Notes: generated by a model not told the origin, from the sequence alone. DNA of 64,000 bases from Christensenella sp. UBA1750 (GCA_002315655.1 DCHO01000044.1:25948-89947); one strand, 5' to 3'; counted from the stretch's first letter, positions 47,690-57,114 are shown. Translations and numbers: made by a program.

Positions 47690-48901
47690 ATGGAAAAACC
47701 TGAATTGCTGGCTCCGGCGGGAGCCATGCCCCAGCTCATTGCCGCCCTGCGTTACGGCGCGGATGCCGTCTATTGCGGCGGCACGAATTTCGGCTTGCGG
47801 GCTTATGCGGGGAATTTCAACGAAAGCGAGCTGCCGAAGGCGGTTGAATTGGTGCACAGCAAGGGAAAGCGCATCCATGTGACGCTGAATGCTTACCTTT
47901 ACAACGCCGATCTGGACGGGCTGGCGGACGCGGCGCGGAATTTGGAAAAGATTGGCGTGGATGCCGCCATCGTGGCGGATCCTGCCGCGGTGGAGATCTG
48001 CCGCGAGGTCGCCCCGAAGCTGCCGCTGCACCTGTCCACACAGGCCAACACCTTAAACTATCGCACGGCGAACTTCTGGCACCGGCAGGGCGTAAAGCGC
48101 GTCATTTTGGCGCGGGAGCTCAACATGGAGGATGTGCGGGGCATCTGTGCAAAGCGGGACGAGGGGCTGGAAATCGAGACTTTTGTCCACGGCGCGGTGT
48201 GCGCCAGCTACTCCGGGCGGTGCGTGCTCTCCAATTACCTGACCGGGCGCGACGCCAATCAGGGGCAGTGCGCCCAGGCCTGCCGCTGGAAATACACGCT
48301 GATGGAGGAAAAGCGCCCCGGGGAATATCTGCCCGTGTTCGAGGACGATCACGGCACCTACTTCTATTCCTCCCACGACCTGTGCATGATCGCGCACCTC
48401 CGTGATTTGTGGGGTGCGGGCGTGTGCTCCTTTAAGATCGAAGGCCGCATGAAAACCGACTATTACGTTGCCACGGTGGTGGGCGCGTACCGCAGAGCCA
48501 TCGACAATATGCTGGAACATCCCGATGCGCCCTTTGACGAGAGCCTGCTTTATGAGGTGGGCAACGCCAGCCACCGTCAGGCCTCCACGGGCTTCTATTA
48601 CACAAGAAGACCCGCCGACCCGCCGGGAGGGGTGGAGTACGAGCGCAACGCGGACTACATCGCCAAGGTGCTGGAAGAAAGAGACAACGGCCTGTTCCTT
48701 GTGGAGCAGAAGAACAAGTTCTCCGTGGGTGAAACCCTGCAGGTGCTCTCCCCCGGCATCGTCCGGCAGTTTACCGTGGATTCCATGACCGACGCGGAGG
48801 GAAATCCCATTGAGTCCGCCCCGCACCCCAAGGAACTGGTGCTCCTGCACCTGCCCGAGGGCACCGTGGCCGGGGATTACCTGCGCCGAAGCCTGTTGTA
48901 A
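47690..48901 (+). CDS. Peptidase U32 family protein (YrrN/YrrO-, TrhP-like)
   Basis: I place the start at ATG 47690 (MEKPELLAPAG). It has U32 motifs (ADAVYCGG, ILARELNMED, E.FVHGA.C.SYSGRC.LS). It lies after mltG, as yrrL-yrrN/O do in B. subtilis. Confidence 0.85.
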   Translation: MEKPELLAPAGAMPQLIAALRYGADAVYCGGTNFGLRAYAGNFNESELPKAVELVHSKGKRIHVTLNAYLYNADLDGLADAARNLEKIGVDAAIVADPAAVEICREVAPKLPLHLSTQANTLNYRTANFWHRQGVKRVILARELNMEDVRGICAKRDEGLEIETFVHGAVCASYSGRCVLSNYLTGRDANQGQCAQACRWKYTLMEEKRPGEYLPVFEDDHGTYFYSSHDLCMIAHLRDLWGAGVCSFKIEGRMKTDYYVATVVGAYRRAIDNMLEHPDAPFDESLLYEVGNASHRQASTGFYYTRRPADPPGGVEYERNADYIAKVLEERDNGLFLVEQKNKFSVGETLQVLSPGIVRQFTVDSMTDAEGNPIESAPHPKELVLLHLPEGTVAGDYLRRSLL

Positions 48902-48916
48902 TTTTCATGAATATAG

Positions 48917-48955
48917 AAAAGTGACTTTCTTCGAGGTGGAAGAAAGTCACTTTTT
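48917..48955. terminator. Bidirectional terminator between the U32 gene (+) and the MFS gene (-)
   Basis: AAAAGTGACTTTCTTC pairs with GAAGAAAGTCACTTTT in a perfect 16-bp stem. Confidence 0.85.
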
Positions 48956-48964
48956 GTGTGTCTA

Positions 48965-50332
48965 TCAGTATCTCTTTTTGCTGAAAATGCCCTTGATCAT
49001 GTCTCTTGTGGTGTACTCGCGGTCGTTTTTTAGACGCGGGACGAAAAGCATGACGATGATGAAGCGGATGGTGCAGCCGATGAGTGTCAGCATCTTATAG
49101 CGGTCAAAGCCGGTGGGGAAGGTGAAATTCTGCATCCATTCCAGCAGGTAGCCGCCGGACATGATGCCTAAGAACGTGCCCGCCAGTGCCGTGACGCAGG
49201 CGAACATGGCGATGCACCCGGCGCGGTTTTCATCGGAGGAATAGGAGAGCTGTAATTGGTTGCACATGAGGTCGCCCGCGCACCAGAAGGACGCGCCGAT
49301 GACGTTGTGCAGCAGCATCGGCCACCATGCGCCGTCATAGCACAGCAGGAAGAAGAGCTGGGTTAAGGAAGCCACGATGCAGCTCACCATCAGCACAGGT
49401 TTGGAGCCGTACTGGTTGGCCAGCCGTCCCCAGCGTCCCACCATGAGCACCGTCATAAGCGAGGCGGCGATGGTGCCGCAGATGGTCACCTGCATATAGG
49501 TGATTCCGTGTTCGGAGACCACATAGCGGGTCAGGTATGCGCCGGAGAAGTTGGCGGAGAAGCACCACAGCGTCCAGAACAGCATGAACTGCATGAACAG
49601 CTTGTTGCCGAAAATGTCACGCCCCATGGATTTGAGTGAGGGCTTGACGGGCGGCGCGGCGTAGACCTCCTTGCAGAAGCCGAAGAAGATCATGTCGATG
49701 ATGCCCGCCAAAGAGCCGATGCCGAAGATGATGGCGTACTTGATCGGCGCGGGGAGCGCATCCAGCAGCCAGGCTGTGACCAGACCCACGATGATGGAGG
49801 TGGAGGATATGAGCGCGCCTCTTGTGGAGAACCACTGACTGCGGATGCTCATGGGGGCAAGGTCGCCCAGCCACGGGAACCAGCAGACTTGAATCATGGA
49901 GGACAGCGCGGAGGAAATGCCAAGCAGGAACAGAATCGTCCACATCTGAATCTGCGCATCGCTCATGGGCATAATCAGCGGCACAAGACCGATGATCATC
50001 CACAGAAAGCGCGAGATGAGGCCGTAGGTGAGCAGGTATTTTTTGCGCTTCTGCGTCCAGTTGACCAGCATGGCCGCCGGAATTTGCAGCAGCACCGCCA
50101 CCTGCGGAATGGCGTTCAGAATACCGAAGGCAAGGTCGCCGGCGTGCAGGCTGTTGGCCAGGTCGATCATGGTGTTGGTTCCGGCACCGCAGACGGTGCC
50201 GAAGAAGGTGCCCATGATGTTGCTGCCGATCATAAAGCGTAAAGACCGCGCCACGTCCGGCTCAATCTGGCACTGCCGGAAGGCCTGATTCAGCGAAGCC
50301 ATCGGGTTTAAGTTGATCTTTTTGAGAGCCAT
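48965..50332 (-). CDS. MFS transporter
   Basis: It is 455 aa with about 12 predicted TM helices in a 6+6 arrangement. Confidence 0.7.
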   Translation of the reverse strand: MALKKINLNPMASLNQAFRQCQIEPDVARSLRFMIGSNIMGTFFGTVCGAGTNTMIDLANSLHAGDLAFGILNAIPQVAVLLQIPAAMLVNWTQKRKKYLLTYGLISRFLWMIIGLVPLIMPMSDAQIQMWTILFLLGISSALSSMIQVCWFPWLGDLAPMSIRSQWFSTRGALISSTSIIVGLVTAWLLDALPAPIKYAIIFGIGSLAGIIDMIFFGFCKEVYAAPPVKPSLKSMGRDIFGNKLFMQFMLFWTLWCFSANFSGAYLTRYVVSEHGITYMQVTICGTIAASLMTVLMVGRWGRLANQYGSKPVLMVSCIVASLTQLFFLLCYDGAWWPMLLHNVIGASFWCAGDLMCNQLQLSYSSDENRAGCIAMFACVTALAGTFLGIMSGGYLLEWMQNFTFPTGFDRYKMLTLIGCTIRFIIVMLFVPRLKNDREYTTRDMIKGIFSKKRY

Positions 50333-50423
50333 TGCATAATCTCCTTTGTCGAGATTAATTCTTATCCTATTATAGCATTTGTTCTGTGCTTTGCAATGCT
50401 TCTTCTGTTATCTGTCTGTGACT

Positions 50424-52445
50424 TTACTTACCCGCAGCCGCGCCCACATAAGCCTTCTTTTTCGTGCCCATGCGGAAGTCGAACTTCTCGGGCGGGTCGG
50501 TTTCGTCCCGGTCAAAGGGCTTTCCGTCGCGTGCGGCCTTGGCCTCCTCGATTTCGTACCACAGGTCGGTGATGGAGACCTCGCCCTCTTTGATGTCGGT
50601 CACTTCAATGCCGCCGTCGGCATAGAGCAGCTTCTCGGCCTCATCCAGCTTGCCGGTTTTAAGCAGCGCAAAGCAACGGCACAGCGCAACGCGGGGCAGC
50701 TTGTTGATTTCGTCTGTGAGCTTGCCGGTGAAGTCCAGAATGCCCATATACATTTTCGCATCCAGCATGGCGCGGGTCGCGGCGACGGCTAAGGAGGCGT
50801 CGGAGGGGTTTAAGGAGGCGGCGGCCAGCATCATGCGGGCGGATTTCTCCGAATTGCCCTTGGCGGCTTCCAGCAGTGCCAGAACGTACTGCGCCCAGCA
50901 GTTGGGTTTCAGCAACATGGAGCGGTTCAGAATTTCTTCCGCAAAGCGGAACTGACGATGGGCGTAATACGCGCAGCCTAATTGCAGATGAGTGTACCAG
51001 TTGTATTTGTCCGCGCCGTCCACGGCTTCCTCCATGCGCTCGATCCACTCATTTGCACGCATATAGGACACGGGCGCGGCGTTCACGTCGGGCTGGGACA
51101 TAAAGCCGTTTTGCAGCAGCTCGACCCAAGGAGCCTGATCGTCCTGCACAGAGCCAAAATCCAGATATTCGGGCAGGGGCTTGTCGCCCTCGGCGGCGCG
51201 GCGGGCATTTTCCAGCGCGCCCCAGCCGGAGCCGGTGAGCAGCTGCTTTTCCGCCTTGGCGGTGGCCATCTTATAGGTGTCACGGAGCTTCTGCTCCAAG
51301 GCTTCCTCGGTGATGAAAGCATCCAGCTTTTCTTCCACGGCCTCCTGTGCCACATGATAATCGGGGTTGTGCGCCTTCTTCGGGTCACAGGTGATCGCGC
51401 CGTAGCCTTCCAGCCACTCCCAGGCGGTCTTGGGCGGCATGGGGATGTGCTCGGCCTGGGTGTTGCCCACGCCCGCCTGCAATTCCACATAGCGTCCCGC
51501 ACAGCCGTTGCCGGAGAGGAACTTCTGCCACATGGTTCCGCCCGCGCCCTGTCCCCAGACGAACATCTTGCGGGATTTCAGGCGGTGGGTGGAAAGGTGC
51601 AGCAGACCGTAGCCGTTGCCGTCCACATGGGCGACATAGCGGCGGCGATCCTCGGGGATGCGGTAGAAATAGTCCCGGGCGACGGGGATGTTCACGGAAT
51701 AGGACACATCGGTGCCGTCCACATAGGGGGTCTTGACGTTGTAAACGCCCTGAGGTCCGAAGGTGTAAGCATCGTCACAGGGGGCGATGGCTCTTGCTTC
51801 CTTGATTTCCGGCACGGCTATGTTGCTCCACCAGTACATCGAGGTCGCGTCTTCGTTGGAGTTGACCACGCGCACGCGCAGATAGAGCAGCGCGGAATCC
51901 TCCGGCAGGAAGAAATCGAGCTGATAGGTCAGCCGGCGCATCCGTTCGTATTCGTACATTCTGAGAACGGGAGTGCCGTCTTCCAGCTTGGTGGTTGCGG
52001 TAAACAGGGTCTCGCAGGTGTAGGGGTGATGGCCTCTCGCGCCGATGTTGAACTCCACGCCGCCGGACGTCCAGGCGTTGCGCAGGGCAAGGTTGCAGTA
52101 GCGCACAACGGGGTTTGAGAACAGCAGCTCCTTGCCCTGCACCTTGTCATAAAGGCTCCACAGCTTACCGCCGAAGTTGGGCATCAGCGTGGCTTTCAGC
52201 TTGTTGTTTTCCAGAATCACGGCGTCAAACTGGCGGTCGATGAGCCGTCTGTCGTACCTGTCCTGTGTGGTGTAGGGGAAAGCGGCATACACATTGTCGT
52301 AGTCCACCCACAATTCGTCGGTCTCGGAGAGCTCGGATAAGGACTTGGGCTTCTTATAGGGAATGCCGGCCAGCAGCGGCAGCGTGCTTCTGCCGTTCAG
52401 TCCGGCGGCGGGCATGGTGATCTTGGTGAAATTCAGTGTGGTCAT
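50424..52445 (-). CDS. DUF5107-like protein (beta-sandwich N-domain + C-terminal TPR-like helical repeats)
   Basis: It is 673 aa. The N-terminal half (LKATLMPNFGGKLWSLYDK...RNAWTSGGVEFNIG) recalls aldose-epimerase-like/DUF5107 proteins. The C-terminal half is helical and repeat-like. The assignment is tentative. Confidence 0.45.
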   Translation of the reverse strand: MTTLNFTKITMPAAGLNGRSTLPLLAGIPYKKPKSLSELSETDELWVDYDNVYAAFPYTTQDRYDRRLIDRQFDAVILENNKLKATLMPNFGGKLWSLYDKVQGKELLFSNPVVRYCNLALRNAWTSGGVEFNIGARGHHPYTCETLFTATTKLEDGTPVLRMYEYERMRRLTYQLDFFLPEDSALLYLRVRVVNSNEDATSMYWWSNIAVPEIKEARAIAPCDDAYTFGPQGVYNVKTPYVDGTDVSYSVNIPVARDYFYRIPEDRRRYVAHVDGNGYGLLHLSTHRLKSRKMFVWGQGAGGTMWQKFLSGNGCAGRYVELQAGVGNTQAEHIPMPPKTAWEWLEGYGAITCDPKKAHNPDYHVAQEAVEEKLDAFITEEALEQKLRDTYKMATAKAEKQLLTGSGWGALENARRAAEGDKPLPEYLDFGSVQDDQAPWVELLQNGFMSQPDVNAAPVSYMRANEWIERMEEAVDGADKYNWYTHLQLGCAYYAHRQFRFAEEILNRSMLLKPNCWAQYVLALLEAAKGNSEKSARMMLAAASLNPSDASLAVAATRAMLDAKMYMGILDFTGKLTDEINKLPRVALCRCFALLKTGKLDEAEKLLYADGGIEVTDIKEGEVSITDLWYEIEEAKAARDGKPFDRDETDPPEKFDFRMGTKKKAYVGAAAGK

Positions 52446-52592
52446 GGAAGAACACCTTCACTTTCTTGATTTGTATATTCAGTATATCATATTGGTCGGG
52501 GAAATCAAAGAACGAGTTGTAGAATGTTTCATCTTTCGGGACAGGCAAGAGGGAGAGATATTTTGCATAAACTGGTGAAAAAGGAGTGTGGA

Positions 52593-53291
52593 ATGATGCT
52601 GGAATGGCTGCTGGTGCTGTCAAAGCTGTTGTTCTTCCTGTCCTCGGTGTCGGGGCGGGATGTTTTTCCGAAAAGGCTGTCCAAAGAGGAGGAGGATGCG
52701 GCTATCGAAAGGATGTTGCAGGGCGATTCCGAGGCCTCACAGAAGCTCATCGAGCACAATCTGCGGCTGGTGGCGCACATTGCGGGGAAATACCGCCATT
52801 CCTCCTTGGAGGAGGACGACAGAATCTCCATCGGCACCATCGGGCTCATCAAGGCGGTGCGCTCGTTTTCACCCAAGGCGGGCAATTCGCTGTCCACCTA
52901 CGCGGCGCGGTGCATCGAGAACGAGATTCTGATGGCGCTTCGGGCGGGGAAGAAGTTCAAGCGGGAAACCTCCATCGAGGAACCCATCGGGGTGGATAAG
53001 GAGGGCAATGAGGTGCGCCTGCTGGACATTTTGGGCACGGAGAGTGATGCGGTGGAAAGCGAGGCGGAACGCGCCTTCACCGGGGGGAAACTGCGGGAGC
53101 TGCTGGCGCTGCTGGATTCCCGGGAAAGGGTGGTCATCGAGCTGCGGTACGGACTTTCCGGCAAAGCGCCTATGCCCCAGCGGGAGGTCGCGGAGGTGCT
53201 GGGCATCTCGCGGTCGTACATTTCCCGCATCGAGAAGCACGCAATTTCTGTGCTGACGGAGGCCTGCCGCGGAGACAAGGAGGCTTTTTGA
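52593..53291 (+). CDS. sigK: Sporulation sigma factor SigK (pro-sigma-K, uninterrupted)
   Basis: I place the start at ATG 52593 after an AGGAG RBS. It has a hydrophobic pro-sequence (MMLEWLLVLSKLLFFLSSVSGRDVFPKRLS). Region 2 (IEHNLRLVAHI, TYAARCIENEILM) and region 4 (GISRSYISRIEKHA) match B. subtilis SigK better than SigE. Confidence 0.8.
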   Translation: MMLEWLLVLSKLLFFLSSVSGRDVFPKRLSKEEEDAAIERMLQGDSEASQKLIEHNLRLVAHIAGKYRHSSLEEDDRISIGTIGLIKAVRSFSPKAGNSLSTYAARCIENEILMALRAGKKFKRETSIEEPIGVDKEGNEVRLLDILGTESDAVESEAERAFTGGKLRELLALLDSRERVVIELRYGLSGKAPMPQREVAEVLGISRSYISRIEKHAISVLTEACRGDKEAF

Positions 53292-53299
53292 CAGAGCAA

Positions 53300-53332
53300 C
53301 GCCCCCGTGCGGAAGCAATCTGCATGGGGGCG
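53300..53332. terminator. Hairpin between the convergent sigK and MATE genes
   Basis: CGCCCCC (53300-53306) pairs with GGGGGCG (53326-53332). T-runs are weak. Confidence 0.45.
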
Positions 53333-53338
53333 ATAAAT

Positions 53339-55009
53339 TTATCTGGAGAACACGAAACCGTTGCGGTTGAAGGAGTTGGTCAGCGCATAGCTCTTTTGCG
53401 GAATTTCGGAAAATACGGAATCCTTTTCGTTCAGGAAATTGACGATTCTGCCGTTGTCCCGGATGATGACGCGCAGCTTGTCCTTTCCGAAAAGCAGAAT
53501 GTACTCCGAAAGCACCTTCTTTTTCGGGTTGGCTTCCATGATTTTGCCGTAAAGTGCGTCCGTGATTTGGTCAATAGGTTCTGTATCAAACCCGTGCTGT
53601 GCGGCGGCGTTTGCGATGGCTTTGCGCAATTTTGTGATGCTCTCTGCATTGACGGTAAGGTCGAAGCCCACGGCATCCTCACCGTAATCCGGCAGATAGA
53701 GCGGGAATCCGGCCTTGCCGAGCCATGATCGGACAGGAACAGAGAACAGCACCGCCACAAGATAGGAGCTTAGCGCCATCCCCAAGGTGATGCCGGTGAA
53801 GCCGAAACGGAACGCCAGCGGCACGGAGAGCAGCAGCGGGCAGAGCAGGTTGTTGAGGAAACAGAGCAGCATACTCATTCCCGGATGCTCCAGCGTGGCG
53901 TACAAATCGACCCCGATGAAGCAGAACCCGAAGGGCAGAGCGGTGAAGGCCATGGTGCGGGCGGCGCGAACGGAAGATAAAACGGTCTCTGCCGAGGTCA
54001 TGCCGTAAAGCCTCGGAAACAGGGGCGCACAGAAGAAGAACAGCGCGGACAAGGCAAGGGAGGTGAGGGCGGCGGTTTTGACGACGATGCGCATGACGCT
54101 GCGGATGCCGTAATTGTTCCTCTCTCCCAGATAGGAGGCCAGAAAGCCTTCTGCGGAATCGAACACCGCGCCGCAGGTCTGGAACACGGAAAAGGCGAGG
54201 TTGATGACGGAATAGGCCGGGATGAGGCTTTCCGAGCAGGTGATGAGAATCACCTTATTCACAAGAATGTCCACAAGCCCGATGAACAGATAGCCTGCGC
54301 TTCGGCTTATGCTGAGTTTCAGTGCGGAGAAAAAAGCCTTCCGGGAAAAATGAAACCGGAAGCGGATGGAATTGGTGCGCCGCAGCAGATGGAGCGGGTA
54401 AACAAGCGTGCTTGCCGCGGCGGCGATGGCGGTGGCGATGCCCAGTCCCGCAATGCCGACCCTTCGGCAGAGGAAGAAGGACAGAAAAGCATTGAGCAGG
54501 ATTTCGGAAATGGTGCTGAAAAAGACCACCGAAGAATCACTGTCCGCCATGGTGAGGTAGTACAGTGCCACATTGAAGGGGTGAATGGCGGCATAGACAA
54601 TGACCCAGTTGAAATAGATGGTGGCTTCTTCCTGCAAAGCGCCTGTGCAGTTGTAATAGGCAAGATAGGGCTTTCGGATGAGCAGGAGCGAGAGCACTAA
54701 GAAAACAGCGGTCATAAAAGCGTGAAGCACGCTCTGCCCTGCGGTCTTGTAGGCTTCTTCGGTCTCAAACGCGCCCAAGTGCTTGCCGTAGAGCACGCCG
54801 TAGCCGGGAGAGAACATATACTCGAAAAAATACACCACCGAAAACAGCGGCGCGACGATGGAAACTGCCGTCAGTGCCGTTTCTCCCAGCTGATTGCCGC
54901 CCAAGATCGCGTCGATCATGAGGTTCATGGAGTAGGAGGAAAAGGCCAGCAGGTTGACAAAGAACAGCTTTGCGAATTTATCTCGGATGAAGGAACCGGG
55001 CTTTTGCAT
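53339..55009 (-). CDS. MATE-family efflux transporter with an extra ~115-aa cytoplasmic C-terminal domain
   Basis: It has about 12 TM helices (residues ~1-440) with MATE-like composition. A soluble tail follows (ESITKLRKAIANAAAQHGF...LRVIIRDNGRIVN). Confidence 0.65.
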   Translation of the reverse strand: MQKPGSFIRDKFAKLFFVNLLAFSSYSMNLMIDAILGGNQLGETALTAVSIVAPLFSVVYFFEYMFSPGYGVLYGKHLGAFETEEAYKTAGQSVLHAFMTAVFLVLSLLLIRKPYLAYYNCTGALQEEATIYFNWVIVYAAIHPFNVALYYLTMADSDSSVVFFSTISEILLNAFLSFFLCRRVGIAGLGIATAIAAAASTLVYPLHLLRRTNSIRFRFHFSRKAFFSALKLSISRSAGYLFIGLVDILVNKVILITCSESLIPAYSVINLAFSVFQTCGAVFDSAEGFLASYLGERNNYGIRSVMRIVVKTAALTSLALSALFFFCAPLFPRLYGMTSAETVLSSVRAARTMAFTALPFGFCFIGVDLYATLEHPGMSMLLCFLNNLLCPLLLSVPLAFRFGFTGITLGMALSSYLVAVLFSVPVRSWLGKAGFPLYLPDYGEDAVGFDLTVNAESITKLRKAIANAAAQHGFDTEPIDQITDALYGKIMEANPKKKVLSEYILLFGKDKLRVIIRDNGRIVNFLNEKDSVFSEIPQKSYALTNSFNRNGFVFSR

Positions 55010-55040
55010 GAAGTGTTACTCCTGTTTGGGTTCGGCTTTG

Positions 55041-55061
55041 GAAAATACGGGAAAATGCGCC
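55041..55061 (+). repeat. 21-bp direct repeat, copy 1 (candidate operator)
   Basis: GAAAATACGGGAAAATGCGCC lies exactly 100 bp from copy 2. Confidence 0.6.
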
Positions 55062-55106
55062 CAATCGGCGTTTTTCAGGGAATCAGTATAGCACAAACAC
55101 GCCGGA

Positions 55107-55134
55107 TTGACAATGCGGACAGATGTGATACACT
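55107..55134 (+). promoter_or_regulatory. Candidate promoter for the GH127-like gene
   Basis: TTGACA (55107-55112), a 16-nt spacer and TACACT (55129-55134) are present. Confidence 0.45.
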
Positions 55135-55140
55135 ATAAGC

Positions 55141-55161
55141 GAAAATACGGCAAAATGAGCC
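55141..55161 (+). repeat. 21-bp direct repeat, copy 2 (candidate operator)
   Basis: GAAAATACGGCAAAATGAGCC matches copy 1 at 19 of 21 positions. It lies between the -10 element and the RBS of the GH127-like gene. Confidence 0.6.
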
Positions 55162-55179
55162 GAAAGGAACGGAGCAATT

Positions 55180-57060
55180 ATGAAAACTGCGATTGATTAT
55201 CGGAATAACCCGGTCTATTCCCCGAGAATGGCCACGGACACCCTCTTTGAAATCCCCTTCACGGCGGAATCTACCGCCGTGCCCTTTGAGACCGTGCGCT
55301 TCTTGGAAAACAAACAGCTCCTGCGCACCGATTTGTGGGAATTGTTCGTCCGGCAGTTTGCCATTCGTCCCGATGCGGTGGATTCCGGCTGGCGCGGCGA
55401 ATACTGGGGCAAAATGATGCGCGCCGCCTGTTTCTGTGCGAGACTTACGGGAAATAAAGTCCTCTATGCCACGCTGGAAAAGACCGTGCTGGATGTGTTG
55501 GCCACTGCCGATGCGGACGGCAGAATCTCCTCCTACATCCGCGAGGACGAGTTCAAGGGCTGGGATATGTGGAGCCGGAAATACATTCTGCTGGGCTGCG
55601 AGTATTTCTGGGACATCTGCGAAAACGAGCAGGTGAAGGACACCATCGTAAAAGGGCTGTGCGGGCATCTGGATTATATCATTGACCATATCGGTGAAGG
55701 TGAAGGCAAGAGAAGCATTCTGGACACCTCCGCATGGTGGGGCTGCATCAATTCCTGTTCCATCTTAGAGCCCGTCATGCGGCTTTACAACATCACAAAG
55801 AAACCGGAATATCTGGCCTTTGCGGACTATATCGTTTCAACCGGCGGCAGCAATTTAGGCAATATGGTGGAGCTTGCCCTGAAAAACGAGATTCTGCCCT
55901 ATCAGTATCCCGTCATCAAGGCGTATGAAACCATGTCCTTCTTTGAAGGTCTGCTGGAATACTACCGCGTGACGGGCAAGGAAGATTACAAGACCGCCGT
56001 TGTAAACTTTGTGGATCGCGTGCTGGATTCCGATTACACCATTATCGGCAACTGCGGCTGCACCCATGAGCTGTTTGACAATTCCAACGTAAAGCAGACC
56101 GAACCGAACCCGCAGGTGGCGCAGGAGACCTGCGTGGCGGTCACGCTGTCCAAGATTCTCTATCAGGTCTATTGCGTGACCGGCGATCCCAAATACGCCG
56201 ACGCGATGGAGCGCACCTATTACAACTGCATCTTGGGCTCTGTCAACTTTGAGGGCAACGTGCGTCTGCGCCTGGAAGAAGCCGTTGGGCGCGACGAGGA
56301 CTATTCCCGCAGCGTGGAATTCTGCAAGAAGATCGGCGGCTTTGCCTTTGACAGCTATGCGCCGCTGTATAAGTCCCGCCGGAACCGCGCCATCGGCGGC
56401 TACAAGGACATGGAAAACGGCACCGCTTACGGCTGCTGCGCCTGCATCGGAGCGGCTGGGGCTGCGCTGCTGCCGCTGACCGCCGTGATGGCGGCAAAGG
56501 ACGGCATTGTGCTGAATCAGTACATGGACGGCACCTTTCGCATTTTACCCGACGGGAAGAACGAAGTGACCGTCACCATGAAGACCCGCTATCCCTATGA
56601 AGGAAGGGTGCTGGTGGAGATCGAAAACCCCGCGAAGCTGAACACGGTGCTGAAACTGCGCATCCCCGCTTGGAGCGATGCGAACATAGCTGTGGACGGA
56701 CAGAAGGTTTTTGCCAAAGCCGGAACCTTCTGCGAGGTGAAGCTGAACAAGGCCTCCGTAGCGCTTCTGCTGGATTTTGACACCACGGTGCACACCGTTG
56801 TGCTCAACAAAAAGGTCGCCGTGGAGCAGGGCTGCATCGTGCTGGCGGCGGACAACCGCTGCGCCGACCCCGACACCGTGCTCTCCGCCGGCGTTTCCTC
56901 CGTGCAGGAAGCAAAGACGGAATTTGCCTCCCGCACTTGTGTCGATGTGACCTTTGACAACGGCGCAAAGGTGAGACTCGTGGATTATGCCTCCGCCGGA
57001 AGCAACTGGGACAGCGAGGACACCTACATGACCGCGTGGTTCGATTCCGACATTCGGTAA
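55180..57060 (+). CDS. GH127-like (DUF1680, beta-L-arabinofuranosidase family) glycoside hydrolase
   Basis: It is 626 aa. It has an (alpha/alpha)6-like N-region and Cys clusters (GNCGCTHE and YGCCACIG) reminiscent of the Cys3-Glu zinc/catalytic Cys site of GH127. The assignment is tentative. Confidence 0.55.
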   Translation: MKTAIDYRNNPVYSPRMATDTLFEIPFTAESTAVPFETVRFLENKQLLRTDLWELFVRQFAIRPDAVDSGWRGEYWGKMMRAACFCARLTGNKVLYATLEKTVLDVLATADADGRISSYIREDEFKGWDMWSRKYILLGCEYFWDICENEQVKDTIVKGLCGHLDYIIDHIGEGEGKRSILDTSAWWGCINSCSILEPVMRLYNITKKPEYLAFADYIVSTGGSNLGNMVELALKNEILPYQYPVIKAYETMSFFEGLLEYYRVTGKEDYKTAVVNFVDRVLDSDYTIIGNCGCTHELFDNSNVKQTEPNPQVAQETCVAVTLSKILYQVYCVTGDPKYADAMERTYYNCILGSVNFEGNVRLRLEEAVGRDEDYSRSVEFCKKIGGFAFDSYAPLYKSRRNRAIGGYKDMENGTAYGCCACIGAAGAALLPLTAVMAAKDGIVLNQYMDGTFRILPDGKNEVTVTMKTRYPYEGRVLVEIENPAKLNTVLKLRIPAWSDANIAVDGQKVFAKAGTFCEVKLNKASVALLLDFDTTVHTVVLNKKVAVEQGCIVLAADNRCADPDTVLSAGVSSVQEAKTEFASRTCVDVTFDNGAKVRLVDYASAGSNWDSEDTYMTAWFDSDIR

Positions 57061-57069
57061 TTGTCAATG

Positions 57070-57114
57070 AAAAAGCTCTGTATGGAAAAATGCGTTCCAT
57101 ACAGAGCTTTTTTT
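57070..57114. terminator. Bidirectional terminator between the GH127-like gene (+) and the methyltransferase-like operon (-)
   Basis: AAAAAGCTCTGTATGGAA pairs with TTCCATACAGAGCTTTTT in a perfect 18-bp stem. Confidence 0.85.

Noticed and set aside
50982-52118. A 378-aa plus-strand ORF inside the DUF5107-like gene.
   Set aside because: It is antisense to a longer ORF with better coding character. It is Gly/Ala/His-rich and low-complexity.
52524-52592. The longer sigK start (ORF track start 52524).
   Set aside because: ATG 52593 follows an AGGAG RBS. It gives a pro-sequence length comparable to pro-sigma-K. The upstream extension has no RBS.
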